Source: Methanomicrobiales archaeon
GTDB lineage: Archaea; Halobacteriota; Methanomicrobia; Methanomicrobiales; Methanospirillaceae
DNA length: 64,000 nt
Reading direction: 5' to 3'
NCBI GenBank assembly: GCA_026394715.1
Contig: JAPKXR010000229.1
Location: 628 to 64,627, forward strand
Position numbers and translations under genes: made by a program. The notes under the pieces are model-generated. The model did not search any database. It was not told where the DNA came from and worked only from the letters and a program-made list of their open reading frames with translations. Each line of letters begins with the position of its first letter. Positions within the stretch are counted from its first letter, which is position 1. Positions 11,403-20,528 of this stretch are shown one piece after another.

Positions 11403-12851
11403 TTAATGTTCCGTAAAGATTTCGATTACTTTTTTCATATTCACATGCTCCTCGAAATGCTGGGCCAGCTGGTCGTATGGGTCCACGGATGAAACCTCAC
11501 CTAATTGCAGAAAATGTTCTCCTTTCTTTTCATAAAGATACGAAAGGAGTGCATTGATCACAGGGGGGTTGGACAGAAGACCGTGCATGTACGTGCCGAT
11601 GACGAGGCCATCGGCTGAGACTGCACCCTCGCTATCAAAGGCTTCCAGGTCGTCTCCCCTGTCGGTTCTACCCATATGGATCTCGTACCCGTTTACCTCA
11701 CCGATTCCTGACAATATCGGGGGTACCTGGTTGGCATGGTGCCTGACCTGCGTTGTATTCTTTTCATAGTTGATGAACCTCGTTACTCCGTTGAGGAATC
11801 CTAGTCCCGGGTATATCCCTTCACGGGATTCCACGCCTGAGTCGTGCAGTTCACGTCCCAGCATCTGGTAACCGCCGCAGATTCCGATTATCGGTATCCC
11901 TGCATTTCGTGCCAGGGTAAGTTTTCCTGCCGCGCCACTCCGGTACAACTCCATTAAATCATCGATGGTATTCTTTGTCCCCGGTATAATGATACAGTCG
12001 TATCCTTCGAGCGGTTCTCCGGGTGTGACATAATTCACTGCGGCATGTTGTTCGAGGAGTTCGAAATCAGTAAAATTTGAGATATGTGGGTGGCGTAATA
12101 TTGCTATCCTGACCGGATGTTCACCTGCTTTTTTATCCCCCAGTGAAAGTGAGTCCTCACTTGGTAGTGGTATATCACAATATGGTACCACCCCGAGGAC
12201 AGGTACCCCGGTCAGGTCCTCGATGATGCCGATACCCGGGGAGAAAATCCCGGGGTCACCCCTGAACTTATTGATAATTATCCCCTTCACAAGGTCCCGG
12301 ACATCAGGTGGTAGAAGTTGCAGGGTACCGTATATGGATGCAAAGACTCCACCCCGTTCAATATCCGCAACAAGTATGATGGGCATCTTCAGGGTTTTTG
12401 CAAGTCTGATATTTGCGATATCTCTTGAGTAGAGATTTACTTCGGCAGCTCCTCCTGCACCTTCCACAACAATATGACCATATTTTGCCAGGAGTCGGTC
12501 TGCAGATTCAACGGCAATCCCAAGAAGGTAGTCGGTCTCCTGGTAATACGCAGAGATTTCAATATCTTTATAGGGGTGGCCAAGCAGGACAACCTGTGAC
12601 ACGGTCCCGCCTTTTGGTTTTAAGAGGACGGGGTTCATATCTGTAACCGGTTCCAGTTTCGCAGCAATCGCCTGCATCGCCTGGGCAATTCCAATCTCAC
12701 CGCCATCCTGTGTCACAAATGAGTTAAGGCTCATGTTCTGTGATTTGAATGGTGCTACCCGGTATCCCCGGTTGACCAGGGACCGGCAGAGGGCTGCGAC
12801 AATTGTACTTTTACCTACGTGTGATGCAGTACCAAGAACCATAACCGACAT
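11403..12851 (-). CDS. cobQ: Cobyric acid synthase
   Basis: 482 aa. N-terminal CobQ/CobB/MinD-type P-loop GTASHVGKS and a C-terminal glutamine amidotransferase with GICGGYQMLG. Confidence 0.93.
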   Translation of the reverse strand: MSVMVLGTASHVGKSTIVAALCRSLVNRGYRVAPFKSQNMSLNSFVTQDGGEIGIAQAMQAIAAKLEPVTDMNPVLLKPKGGTVSQVVLLGHPYKDIEISAYYQETDYLLGIAVESADRLLAKYGHIVVEGAGGAAEVNLYSRDIANIRLAKTLKMPIILVADIERGGVFASIYGTLQLLPPDVRDLVKGIIINKFRGDPGIFSPGIGIIEDLTGVPVLGVVPYCDIPLPSEDSLSLGDKKAGEHPVRIAILRHPHISNFTDFELLEQHAAVNYVTPGEPLEGYDCIIIPGTKNTIDDLMELYRSGAAGKLTLARNAGIPIIGICGGYQMLGRELHDSGVESREGIYPGLGFLNGVTRFINYEKNTTQVRHHANQVPPILSGIGEVNGYEIHMGRTDRGDDLEAFDSEGAVSADGLVIGTYMHGLLSNPPVINALLSYLYEKKGEHFLQLGEVSSVDPYDQLAQHFEEHVNMKKVIEIFTEH

Positions 12852-12876
12852 TGTTTATGTACATTGCCTGCCAGGA

Positions 12877-12886
12877 ATTTTAAATA
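12877..12886 (-). promoter_or_regulatory. Candidate TATA box for cobQ
   Basis: The minus strand reads tatttaaaat, centred about 30 nt upstream of the cobQ ATG. This is consistent with a leaderless or short-leader archaeal promoter. Positional argument only. Confidence 0.3.
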
Positions 12887-13063
12887 CGATTGAGTTTCTC
12901 CACAACCCTTCAAAGCGAGTGGGGACGAAAGCAATTATCCGGTGTGAATTAGATCAATTCCCAAAATGTTGCCTAAAATTACTTTACATGACTGAAAATA
13001 TCCCTGGTAATAACCCCTTTTGCATGCCAACAAATAAATAACGTAACTTTAAAGGTACAAGTA

Positions 13064-13369
13064 ATGAACGGTGGGATTTGTCCAACCTGTGGACTACCTA
13101 AAGAATTATGTATTTGTGAGGAGGTAGCAAAGGAACAGCAGAGGATTAATGTTAAGGTCAATAAGAGGCGGTATGGTAAAGAAGTCACCGTTATTGAGGG
13201 ACTTGACCCGACGGATATTGATCTTGAAGACCTCTCGAAATATATGAAAGGAAAGCTTGCCTGCGGTGGCACGGTGAAAGGGAATTCAATTGAACTGCAG
13301 GGAAATCATCGCGAGCGTGTTAAAGAACTGCTGGCCGATAAGGGATACAGTGTTGACAATATAAATTAA
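13064..13369 (+). CDS. Translation initiation factor aIF1 / SUI1
   Basis: 101 aa. An N-terminal zinc knuckle ([13 protein letters not shown]) is followed by the SUI1 domain ([13 protein letters not shown]...[15 protein letters not shown]). Confidence 0.92.
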   Translation: MNGGICPTCGLPKELCICEEVAKEQQRINVKVNKRRYGKEVTVIEGLDPTDIDLEDLSKYMKGKLACGGTVKGNSIELQGNHRERVKELLADKGYSVDNIN

Positions 13370-13413
13370 TCCCGGGAATTTCAGTTGCATGAAAAACTGG
13401 GGTTCTAGCGTTT

Positions 13414-13449
13414 GGACTAAGTTGTAGTCCTGAAGTCTTTCTTTTTTTT
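13414..13449 (+). terminator. Hairpin plus T8 terminator after aIF1
   Basis: GGACTA-agttg-TAGTCC stem-loop at 13414-13430, then T8 at 13442-13449. Confidence 0.5.
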
Positions 13450-13640
13450 ACTTTATTGAATGCAAACGGGGTTACCTTTTTAAATTACTTTATCGGGTTA
13501 GTGACGCTCCTTTGGGTAACGGGATAAGAAACTGTTACCTGTACGAACCGTTTTTTAACTATATCTGAATGGAAAATTCTTGCCAGGTCATGTTAATTTA
13601 GCGAAATGTGCGGTACGAGGTGAAATTTTCTGTCAGCCCG

Positions 13641-13648
13641 AAAAAAAA
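13641..13648 (-). terminator. T8 tract immediately after the Zn-ribbon gene stop
   Basis: A8 on the + strand (T8 on the coding strand) lies 3 nt downstream of the stop at 13652. Confidence 0.5.
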
Positions 13649-13651
13649 GAA

Positions 13652-14047
13652 TCAAGATTTTTTACGGTTTTTATTGTCTTTTCCAGGTTTAATCATCGAG
13701 TGAAGGTCAAGCAGGTAATTTCCCTCTGTCCCGATTCCTACGACACGTTCATCAGAGTTTGCGAGTTTTTCAATATTCAGTTCATAGGTGCCGGGTGCGA
13801 TAATCCTGATACTTTCGACCCTTTCATGGCACTCTTTTTTCTTACCAGGTTCAGTGTTTACCATCAGTACCTGGCCCGGGGCTTCTTTTGCGAGGGCATC
13901 AGCGGATTGCTCCCGCATTATGTCTTTATTCCTGTCATTTTCCCCAACGTAGAGGAATTTTCTGCCGCCGCAACTTTCACACCCGCGCAGGATAACGGGT
14001 GATGCGTCCTTGTAGTCCCTCCCGCACTGGACACACTTGTGGGGCAT
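13652..14047 (-). CDS. Zn-ribbon protein conserved in archaea (DUF2072-like)
   Basis: 131 aa. N-terminal CxxC-x15-CxxC (CVQCGRDYKDASPVILRGCESCGG), then ...SIRIIAPGTYELNIEKL.... It is the last gene of a tightly spaced three-gene string. Confidence 0.72.
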   Translation of the reverse strand: MPHKCVQCGRDYKDASPVILRGCESCGGRKFLYVGENDRNKDIMREQSADALAKEAPGQVLMVNTEPGKKKECHERVESIRIIAPGTYELNIEKLANSDERVVGIGTEGNYLLDLHSMIKPGKDNKNRKKS

Positions 14048-14054
14048 GTACCAT

Positions 14055-14417
14055 TCACCGTGTTGATATCCAGGCGCTAATCTGGTCTTTATCTTTTTTG
14101 ATCATTTTCAACTGGTTTGCAGGCCCGATTACGGTGAGTCTACTCGAGGCTGATTGCTTGCCAATAAGCCGTGACAGGAAAGAATTCCCTTCGTGTGATG
14201 GGTATGTTTCCATCTCAATGCCGTTAAAATCATCCGGGAGGATCTCTTTCATGGTCATCTCAATGAGCTTGCTCTGCTCATCAGGTTCAAGCCCTTTTTC
14301 CAGAATTACGATTGTTCCCTGCCTGACTTTGTCCAGTATCAGGTGAATCTTCTCCATCGACGTCATATTTTCAAGACTTTCCTGCGAGATTAGGTCGATC
14401 TGAACTCCCTGTAACAT
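14055..14417 (-). CDS. Conserved archaeal protein of unknown function (DUF2073-like)
   Basis: 120 aa with 7-nt gaps to both neighbours. The sequence pattern ...MEKIHLILDKVRQGTIVILEKGLEPDEQSKLIE... matches my memory of the family that accompanies this GTPase. Confidence 0.65.
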   Translation of the reverse strand: MLQGVQIDLISQESLENMTSMEKIHLILDKVRQGTIVILEKGLEPDEQSKLIEMTMKEILPDDFNGIEMETYPSHEGNSFLSRLIGKQSASSRLTVIGPANQLKMIKKDKDQISAWISTR

Positions 14418-14424
14418 CGTTTAA

Positions 14425-15066
14425 TCACCTGAAGGAATGCACCATCTGTTCATAGAGTTCTTCAATATTTTTCCCCTCAAGGCAGGAAATCGGCACAACC
14501 GGGTGCTGGGGGAACGCGCTCCTTATTTTTTGCGGGGCCGCATCCGGAAGATCGATTTTACTGGCGGCAATGATGACGGGAAGTTTCCTGCTCTCGATGA
14601 TCCCAATCATCATGATGTTGACCTGCTGGAATGGGTCTGAAGTACTGTCCAGCATGTAGATCACCCCGTCAATATCCTCCCGAAGCCAGTGCATCGCTTC
14701 TGCAACACCCTCAGTTGCTTCCCTGGAGCGTGTGATCGCCTCCTCTTTGTCAAGGCCATACTCCAGAAATTCCTTGTAATCAATTTTTGTGGTCACCCCG
14801 GGTGTATCAACGATATCTATTGTAATTGAATGCCCGTTTGAACCCGAAATACAGATGTCCTGTCTCCTGAGTGCCCGCCTGGTCTCGTGGGGAATTTCAC
14901 TGACTGTTCCAATTGTATCCCCTGCCCAGTCGCGGGCTATCCGGTTTGCAAGGGTCGTCTTGCCTGCATTTGGGGGGCCATAAATTCCAACTTTTGCGCG
15001 TTTTCTCTTGAAAAACGCGGAAAAAAACCGTGAAAAACTATTTTTAGTCTGGACAAAAATATCCAT
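14425..15066 (-). CDS. Small GTP-binding protein (Era/HSR1-like P-loop GTPase)
   Basis: 213 aa. G1 GPPNAGKT, G3 DTPG, G4-like SKID. A GAGGTG SD lies 4 nt before the ATG. Confidence 0.85.
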   Translation of the reverse strand: MDIFVQTKNSFSRFFSAFFKRKRAKVGIYGPPNAGKTTLANRIARDWAGDTIGTVSEIPHETRRALRRQDICISGSNGHSITIDIVDTPGVTTKIDYKEFLEYGLDKEEAITRSREATEGVAEAMHWLREDIDGVIYMLDSTSDPFQQVNIMMIGIIESRKLPVIIAASKIDLPDAAPQKIRSAFPQHPVVPISCLEGKNIEELYEQMVHSFR

Positions 15067-15214
15067 TAAACACCTCGCTCTGATGCTGCCAGTTGTTTCA
15101 TTTGCAATTAATCCTTATGAAGAGATCAGTGGCGCTGCATATTATCGTTATGCAATCAGGACCCTGTTTATTTTTTTAATGGATTATAAAACCCGGGAAT
15201 TCTCTTCCGGGAAG

Positions 15215-15245
15215 TATATATACACCAATTTCTTTATATTGGTGT
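15215..15245 (+). promoter_or_regulatory. TATA-like box plus perfect 8-8-8 palindrome upstream of the CBS operon
   Basis: TATATATA at 15215-22, followed by ACACCAAT (15222-29), an 8-nt spacer and ATTGGTGT (15238-45). The element sits about 45-70 nt upstream of the TTG start at 15289, which has a GGAGGTG SD at 15277-83. Confidence 0.4.
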
Positions 15246-15288
15246 CTTACCGTAATGGTAAACTGTAGCATTATATGGAGGTGAACTC

Positions 15289-15852
15289 TTGAATAATGAA
15301 AAAGACCAGATCCATTTTGAGACCCGTATCCCGTTAAACGAGATCATGCAGAGCAATCCTACAACAATCGGGTACGAAGCGACTGTGGCGGAAGCTGCAG
15401 CCTCAATGTGCAGGGACGAAGTGGGCAGTTGCATTGTTCTCAAAAATAACCTGCCGATTGGCATTGTCACCGAGGAGGATATTAACTGCAAGGTCGTGGC
15501 GAAGGACAAGAGACCCGGTTCCGTGAAGGTTGGCGAGATCATGAGCACTCCTCTGATCACGGTGTCGGCAGGAAAGACTGTCGGGGATGCGGCCCATATG
15601 ATGATTAAGCACCGGGTAAGGAGGTTACCAGTTGTAGATGATGATAAAGCGGTAATTGGAATTGTAACGGTGCGGGATCTTCTCACGGTATCTACCGAAA
15701 TTAATGAGCTGATGGCAGATCTGATTGAGGTTAACCGGATAGAAGAAATTGAAATGGGTATGTGTAACCGTTGCGGTCAGATGTCAGATGACCTAAAGAG
15801 GATCGACAACGTCATGCTCTGTTCATCCTGCAGGGAGGAGGAATACCTTTAA
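15289..15852 (+). CDS. CBS-pair protein with C-terminal zinc ribbon
   Basis: 187 aa with a TTG start and a strong SD. It has two CBS motifs (...IVTEEDI..., RRLPVVDDDKAVIGIVTVRDLL) and C159-x2-C...C178-x2-C. Confidence 0.85.
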   Translation: MNNEKDQIHFETRIPLNEIMQSNPTTIGYEATVAEAAASMCRDEVGSCIVLKNNLPIGIVTEEDINCKVVAKDKRPGSVKVGEIMSTPLITVSAGKTVGDAAHMMIKHRVRRLPVVDDDKAVIGIVTVRDLLTVSTEINELMADLIEVNRIEEIEMGMCNRCGQMSDDLKRIDNVMLCSSCREEEYL

Positions 15853-16607
15853 TGAAAATGGTTGCAGACTTCATGGTTGAGGTGCCGCTCCTCAAACTGG
15901 ATGATACGGTGACTAAGGCCCGCCAGATCCTCAGGGATGATTCCTTTCGTGAGATATACATCCATGATGGGAAAAAAAAACTCCAAGGATATATAGATAT
16001 TACTGACGTGCTGCAAATCAGGTCAACGAAATCAAATGTGACTGTTGAGGGTTTTATGAAAGAACCCGCGGCCGTTTTGGAAAATACGACAATCGAACAG
16101 GCAGTGCGGATAATCCGCGAATTTCGGACTGACAGTGCTGCAGTGATTGATGAGAGACGGTATATTATCGGGGGAGTGATTATTTCTGACCTGTTCCCGA
16201 TCATCATTACCCGGCATGAACTCAAGGGGTCAGCGGGAGATTATTTGACAAAGAAAGTAATTACCTGTGCGCCTGATGACCCGGTCCAGAAAGTCTATAA
16301 CCTCATCATAGAGAGTGGGTTTTCCGCATTTCCTGTGATTAAAAAGGACAAGGTCCTTGGAATAATTTCAAGAAGGGATCTTCTCAAGGCAGGGAGAGTC
16401 CGTAGTGTGCTCGAAAATCATGCATCAACACCGATCGAGACCATTATGACCAAAACGGTCATTTCTGTCTCACCCGAAGAGCCTATTCAGTCAGCGGCTG
16501 CGCTCATGGTACGGTACGATATCAGCCGCGTCCCGGTCCTTGAATCGACCCGCCTTGTGGGAATACTGGACAGGCATGACGTCATGAAGGCGCTGGTGCT
16601 GGTATAA
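15852..16607 (+). CDS. CBS-domain protein (four CBS motifs)
   Basis: 251 aa. Repeated h-h-h-D-x-x-G-x-h-h-G-h-h-[ST]-x-x-D-h-h signatures (FPVIKKDKVLGIISRRDLL, VPVLESTRLVGILDRHDVM). Its start shares 1 nt with the previous stop (TAATG). Confidence 0.85.
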   Translation: MKMVADFMVEVPLLKLDDTVTKARQILRDDSFREIYIHDGKKKLQGYIDITDVLQIRSTKSNVTVEGFMKEPAAVLENTTIEQAVRIIREFRTDSAAVIDERRYIIGGVIISDLFPIIITRHELKGSAGDYLTKKVITCAPDDPVQKVYNLIIESGFSAFPVIKKDKVLGIISRRDLLKAGRVRSVLENHASTPIETIMTKTVISVSPEEPIQSAAALMVRYDISRVPVLESTRLVGILDRHDVMKALVLV

Positions 16608-16681
16608 CGTCACCGTGAATATCTGATTATCTTGAACATAAGGGAATTTGCCGTCAATAAAAGGACAAGGGTAGTGTAACT

Positions 16682-17629
16682 ATGCACAATGATCGTTCGA
16701 TAAAACCAGTCGGTAAATCTGTCAGAATGCCCGGAAATCTTGACCGGGGGCCGGTAGAGTTTAAGTCCCACATTGCCTCTCACGAAGGGGAAATAATGGC
16801 GATCGCAACCAGGGATGTAGTATCGGTCCAGCCAAGTATGAGCATCATCGCTGCAGTTGAAACAATGACCCGTTGTGGTTTCCGACGGCTACCTGTCATT
16901 GATGCGGGGAGTCGGAAACTCCGTGGAATTGTTACATCAGGGGATATTATTAACTTTCTTGGAGGTGGGGATAAATACAACCTGGTCAAGGTCAAGCATG
17001 AGGGGAATCTCCTTGCCGCTATTAACGAGAGTATCCGTACTATTATGACCCCGAAGATGACGACGCTTCCCGAGTCGTCAACTATTGCTCACGCTGTCGA
17101 GATAATCATCAGCAGGATGGTTGGTGGAATACCGATCGTCGGTCACGATGATACGATGGAAGGGATCGTAACAGAACGTGATGTAATGAAGACACTCGCT
17201 CATGAGATTACAGACCTCTGTGTGGAGGATATTATGAGCACATCATTACGGGTTACTTCGCCTGATGCCCTGATTGGGGCAGTGACCAGAGATATGACCC
17301 GGCACCGGTACAGGAGACTTCCGGTTGTAACGGATGATGTCTTATACGGTATAATTACCACAACCGATATCGTACGGTATATTGGGGACCGGAAGGTCTT
17401 TTCCAGTATGGAGACCGGTGATGTGGAAGAAGTGATGTCATTATCGGTGAGGGATCTCATTTCGGGTAATCTCTTCACCACGGTGCCGGAACGGAACGTG
17501 AATGATGCGGCCCGTGAAATGTTTGAGCGGAACGTCGGGGCACTGCCGGTAATAGAAGACGCAAAATTGATCGGTCTCGTAACAGAATTTGACCTTGTAA
17601 AAGCATTTGCACGGGGGACCAGGAGATGA
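16682..17629 (+). CDS. CBS-domain protein (four CBS motifs)
   Basis: 315-aa ORF. An alternative start at ATG 16796 (MAIATRDVVSV..., SD-like GGGG upstream) would give 277 aa. CBS signatures include RRLPVIDAGSRKLRGIVTSGDII, IPIVGHDDTMEGIVTERDVM, RLPVVTDDVLYGIITTTDIV and LPVIEDAKLIGLVTEFDLV. Confidence 0.85.
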   Translation: MHNDRSIKPVGKSVRMPGNLDRGPVEFKSHIASHEGEIMAIATRDVVSVQPSMSIIAAVETMTRCGFRRLPVIDAGSRKLRGIVTSGDIINFLGGGDKYNLVKVKHEGNLLAAINESIRTIMTPKMTTLPESSTIAHAVEIIISRMVGGIPIVGHDDTMEGIVTERDVMKTLAHEITDLCVEDIMSTSLRVTSPDALIGAVTRDMTRHRYRRLPVVTDDVLYGIITTTDIVRYIGDRKVFSSMETGDVEEVMSLSVRDLISGNLFTTVPERNVNDAAREMFERNVGALPVIEDAKLIGLVTEFDLVKAFARGTRR

Positions 17630-18468
17630 TTGCATCGGATATTATGACAAGTCCGGTATATGTGGTTGGCCCGTCCGAGAACATTGCACATGCAAGAAAC
17701 CTGATGTTAAAACACAAAATATCCCGCCTGCCGGTTGTGCAGGAATCGGGTCTGATTGGTATTATTACCAAGAAGGACATTGGATACAGGCTGCGTCACA
17801 CCGAACCCGTCTGGAGGAGGAGACCCATTGACCTGGTACCGGTGGAACTGCTGATGACACCAAGCCCCTGTTCGGTGAAGTCCGGTGAGCCGGTGAAGGC
17901 AATTGCCCATCTGATGGTAACTAATGATTTTAGTGGTATTCCAGTCATTGAAGGCCATAAAATTGTGGGAATTGTTACAAAATCGGACCTTTTCAGGTCG
18001 GCATACCTTGGAAGCCTGCCGCTTGAGGTGGGTGATCTGATGGAAGATGCAATTACCGTCAGCCGGTACCATTCACTTGACCATATTGTGAACCTGATGA
18101 TTGAACGGGATGACAAACTCGTGGTCGTCAATAATGATGGCACGCTCGCAGGGATCATTACTGAAAGTAACCTGGCATTCTACAAGTGTACAGATGATAA
18201 GAGCGGCGATATGCCTGAAAAGGGTATTACAAGGCTTAGAAAGGAGGAGTCAGCAGGGAGAAAATATTACCGGGATGTCATTTCTGTATCGGCGGTGGCT
18301 GAAGATGTGATGACCGGGCCCGTGGTAACCATTAGCCCGGAAGACCGGGTCAGCGAGGCGGTCCTTGTCATGCGTGAGAAGCATGTAAGCAGTCTCGTTG
18401 TGGTCGAAGCAGACGAAATCAAAGGAATCCTTAAAAGAGATGATATCATAAAGGAAGTGGCAAAATGA
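17626..18468 (+). CDS. CBS-domain protein (four CBS motifs)
   Basis: 280 aa with an ATGA overlap to the previous gene. Signatures: RLPVVQESGLIGIITKKDI, IPVIEGHKIVGIVTKSDLF, VVVNNDGTLAGIITESNL, LVVVEADEIKGILKRDDII. Confidence 0.85.
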   Translation: MIASDIMTSPVYVVGPSENIAHARNLMLKHKISRLPVVQESGLIGIITKKDIGYRLRHTEPVWRRRPIDLVPVELLMTPSPCSVKSGEPVKAIAHLMVTNDFSGIPVIEGHKIVGIVTKSDLFRSAYLGSLPLEVGDLMEDAITVSRYHSLDHIVNLMIERDDKLVVVNNDGTLAGIITESNLAFYKCTDDKSGDMPEKGITRLRKEESAGRKYYRDVISVSAVAEDVMTGPVVTISPEDRVSEAVLVMREKHVSSLVVVEADEIKGILKRDDIIKEVAK

Positions 18469-19241
18469 GCGACGAATTACTTATCCGGGACATTATGTCA
18501 AAGCCTCTGACGATTGCGAAATCAGCAGCCATCACAGAAGCCCTTGACAAAATGCTCACTGAAGCGGTTGACCCACTCATCGTGGTGAATAACGGTTCAG
18601 TGGTAGGGACCATTTCAAGAAGGACAATCGCGGAGACCCTCGGCAGCAAGAAGAACTCCGGACTTTCTCCCTCTTCAATCCACGTATCAAATTCGATGGA
18701 AGAAGATTTTACGACCGTGTATCCTGACCAGGACCTCGAAATACTGGTGCCGCTTCTCCAGCATTACAAGCTTGTTGTGGTCTATGACGAAGATCACCGG
18801 CTGGTTGGCCAGGTCAGTGCCCAGGACCTGCTGAAAGCATACAGACCCGAAGGCAGTGTGAAGGAAATGATGGAACCTGCCTGTACTATCGATGCGGAGG
18901 AGCGCGTTGTCCACATGCGGCGCAGGATGCTCGATGACAACATCCACCGGTTCGTGGTGACTGAAAATAACAATATCCTCGGCATTGTAACTGAAACTGA
19001 TGTAGCTACAGCGATGAGGAACTTTCGGAAGATGGTCGAGGATCGTCACCAGGACCACCGTATCCGGAACCTCCTCGTGAAGGACATTATGACGTCACCG
19101 GTGATCACCGTACCAGGGGACAAAAAGATCACGGGAGTTATTGATATGATGGTACAAAAGAATATCAGTGCAATTCCCGTGGTTGATAATAATAACCTGA
19201 CCGGCATGGTAACAAGGGATTCATTGATCAGAGCATTATAG
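18465..19241 (+). CDS. CBS-domain protein (four CBS motifs)
   Basis: 258 aa with an ATGA overlap to the previous gene. Signatures: LIVVNNGSVVGTISRRTI, VVVYDEDHRLVGQVSAQDLL, RFVVTENNNILGIVTETDV, IPVVDNNNLTGMVTRDSLI. Confidence 0.85.
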   Translation: MSDELLIRDIMSKPLTIAKSAAITEALDKMLTEAVDPLIVVNNGSVVGTISRRTIAETLGSKKNSGLSPSSIHVSNSMEEDFTTVYPDQDLEILVPLLQHYKLVVVYDEDHRLVGQVSAQDLLKAYRPEGSVKEMMEPACTIDAEERVVHMRRRMLDDNIHRFVVTENNNILGIVTETDVATAMRNFRKMVEDRHQDHRIRNLLVKDIMTSPVITVPGDKKITGVIDMMVQKNISAIPVVDNNNLTGMVTRDSLIRAL

Positions 19242-19277
19242 CCGGATCAGCCGGCTTCTCTATTTTTCTTTTTATTT
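19240..19277 (+). terminator. Hairpin plus T-runs after the CBS operon
   Basis: AGCCGG-atcag-CCGGCT stem-loop overlapping the stop codon, followed by T5-c-T5-a-T3 (19263-19277). Confidence 0.55.
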
Positions 19278-19458
19278 GTGCTGAATTTAATTCCCGGGAG
19301 ATTGTTTCCGCTGGAAAATGGGTTTTTTAATTGTAAATTTTTGCCATTTGCCAAACCAGGAAACACGAGTTTATTCAAATTAGAAAATCCACGTTCTATT
19401 TTAGAATCCCTGATTTAACAATCATTATATCAAATCCCGCCTATAGATTTTTCAGACA

Positions 19459-20430
19459 ATGGCAATGAAACCGACAAGCCCCGTTAATCCTGTTGCGGAT
19501 ATCACCCTTCTACTCGAAGGGATGAGTAATACTGGGTTTCAGGGCAGGAAACTTGGCGAGTCCGTGGGTGTGTGGTCTGATATGATTAAGGACCCGGATT
19601 GTACAATTCTGCTGGGGTTATCCGGCGCCATGATCCCCGGTGGTATGCAGAAGTGCCTGATTGAACTTGTCGAACGACACTATGTGGATGTAATTGTATC
19701 GACCGGTGCCAATATTTTCCACGATGCCTGTGAGCATCTCGGTGTGCGGCATTACAAGGGCCATCATCATGTTGATGATGAACAACTGTTCTCGAAGGGT
19801 ATTGACAGGATATATGATGTATTTGCATACGAGGAGCAATTCAGGAATGTTGACCGCCAGATTGCAAATTTTGCTGGAGAAATTGCACCGTTTCATGGAT
19901 CTTCAGCTGAGTTCATACGCATGTATGGGGAATTTTTACTCAGGATGCATCCGGAAGGGTCGTCGCTAATCGGGAGTTCAGTGCAGGGATCGGTCCCGGT
20001 GTTTATTCCCGCAATCTCTGATTCTTCAATTGGTATCGGACTCCTTATGGCCAGGAGAGAAGGTGTCCGGGTCGAGATTGATCAGATCGCAGATGTTGAC
20101 GAGATCGCAAAGATTGTCGAGGGCTCAAAAAAGACAGGGGTTATCTATATTGGTGGTGGCGTTCCGAAAAACTTTATCCAGCAGACCCAGGTAATTGCAT
20201 CGATTTACGAGAGCCGGCAGGAGGGTCATGCCTATGCCATTCAGTATACTACTGATGCACCCCATTGGGGCGGGTTGTCGGGATGCACGTTCGAAGAGGC
20301 GATCAGCTGGGGAAAAGAGTCTGTGCATACCCCGAGGGTACAGTGTTTCTGCGATGCAACGATTGCGCTCCCGCTAGTCACTGCAGCCCTGATTAATAGC
20401 GGGGTGGTAAGAGCAAAACAAGCTATGTGA
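19459..20430 (+). CDS. dys: Deoxyhypusine synthase
   Basis: 323 aa. Contains LGLSGAMIPGGMQKCLIELVERHYVDVIVSTGANIFHD and the C-terminal ...EAISWGK lysine region. Confidence 0.93.
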   Translation: MAMKPTSPVNPVADITLLLEGMSNTGFQGRKLGESVGVWSDMIKDPDCTILLGLSGAMIPGGMQKCLIELVERHYVDVIVSTGANIFHDACEHLGVRHYKGHHHVDDEQLFSKGIDRIYDVFAYEEQFRNVDRQIANFAGEIAPFHGSSAEFIRMYGEFLLRMHPEGSSLIGSSVQGSVPVFIPAISDSSIGIGLLMARREGVRVEIDQIADVDEIAKIVEGSKKTGVIYIGGGVPKNFIQQTQVIASIYESRQEGHAYAIQYTTDAPHWGGLSGCTFEEAISWGKESVHTPRVQCFCDATIALPLVTAALINSGVVRAKQAM

Positions 20431-20520
20431 ATACTATTAATGCGTGTTGACTGTTCCTGCTGTAAAAGCAATAGAATTTAAATTAAATGACCTTATTTCA
20501 AAAAACTGTACTGGTTCACG

Positions 20521-20528
20521 TTTTTTTT
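20521..20528 (+). terminator. T8 tract downstream of dys
   Basis: A T8 run lies about 90 nt after the dys stop and upstream of tRNA-Ser. Confidence 0.4.
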
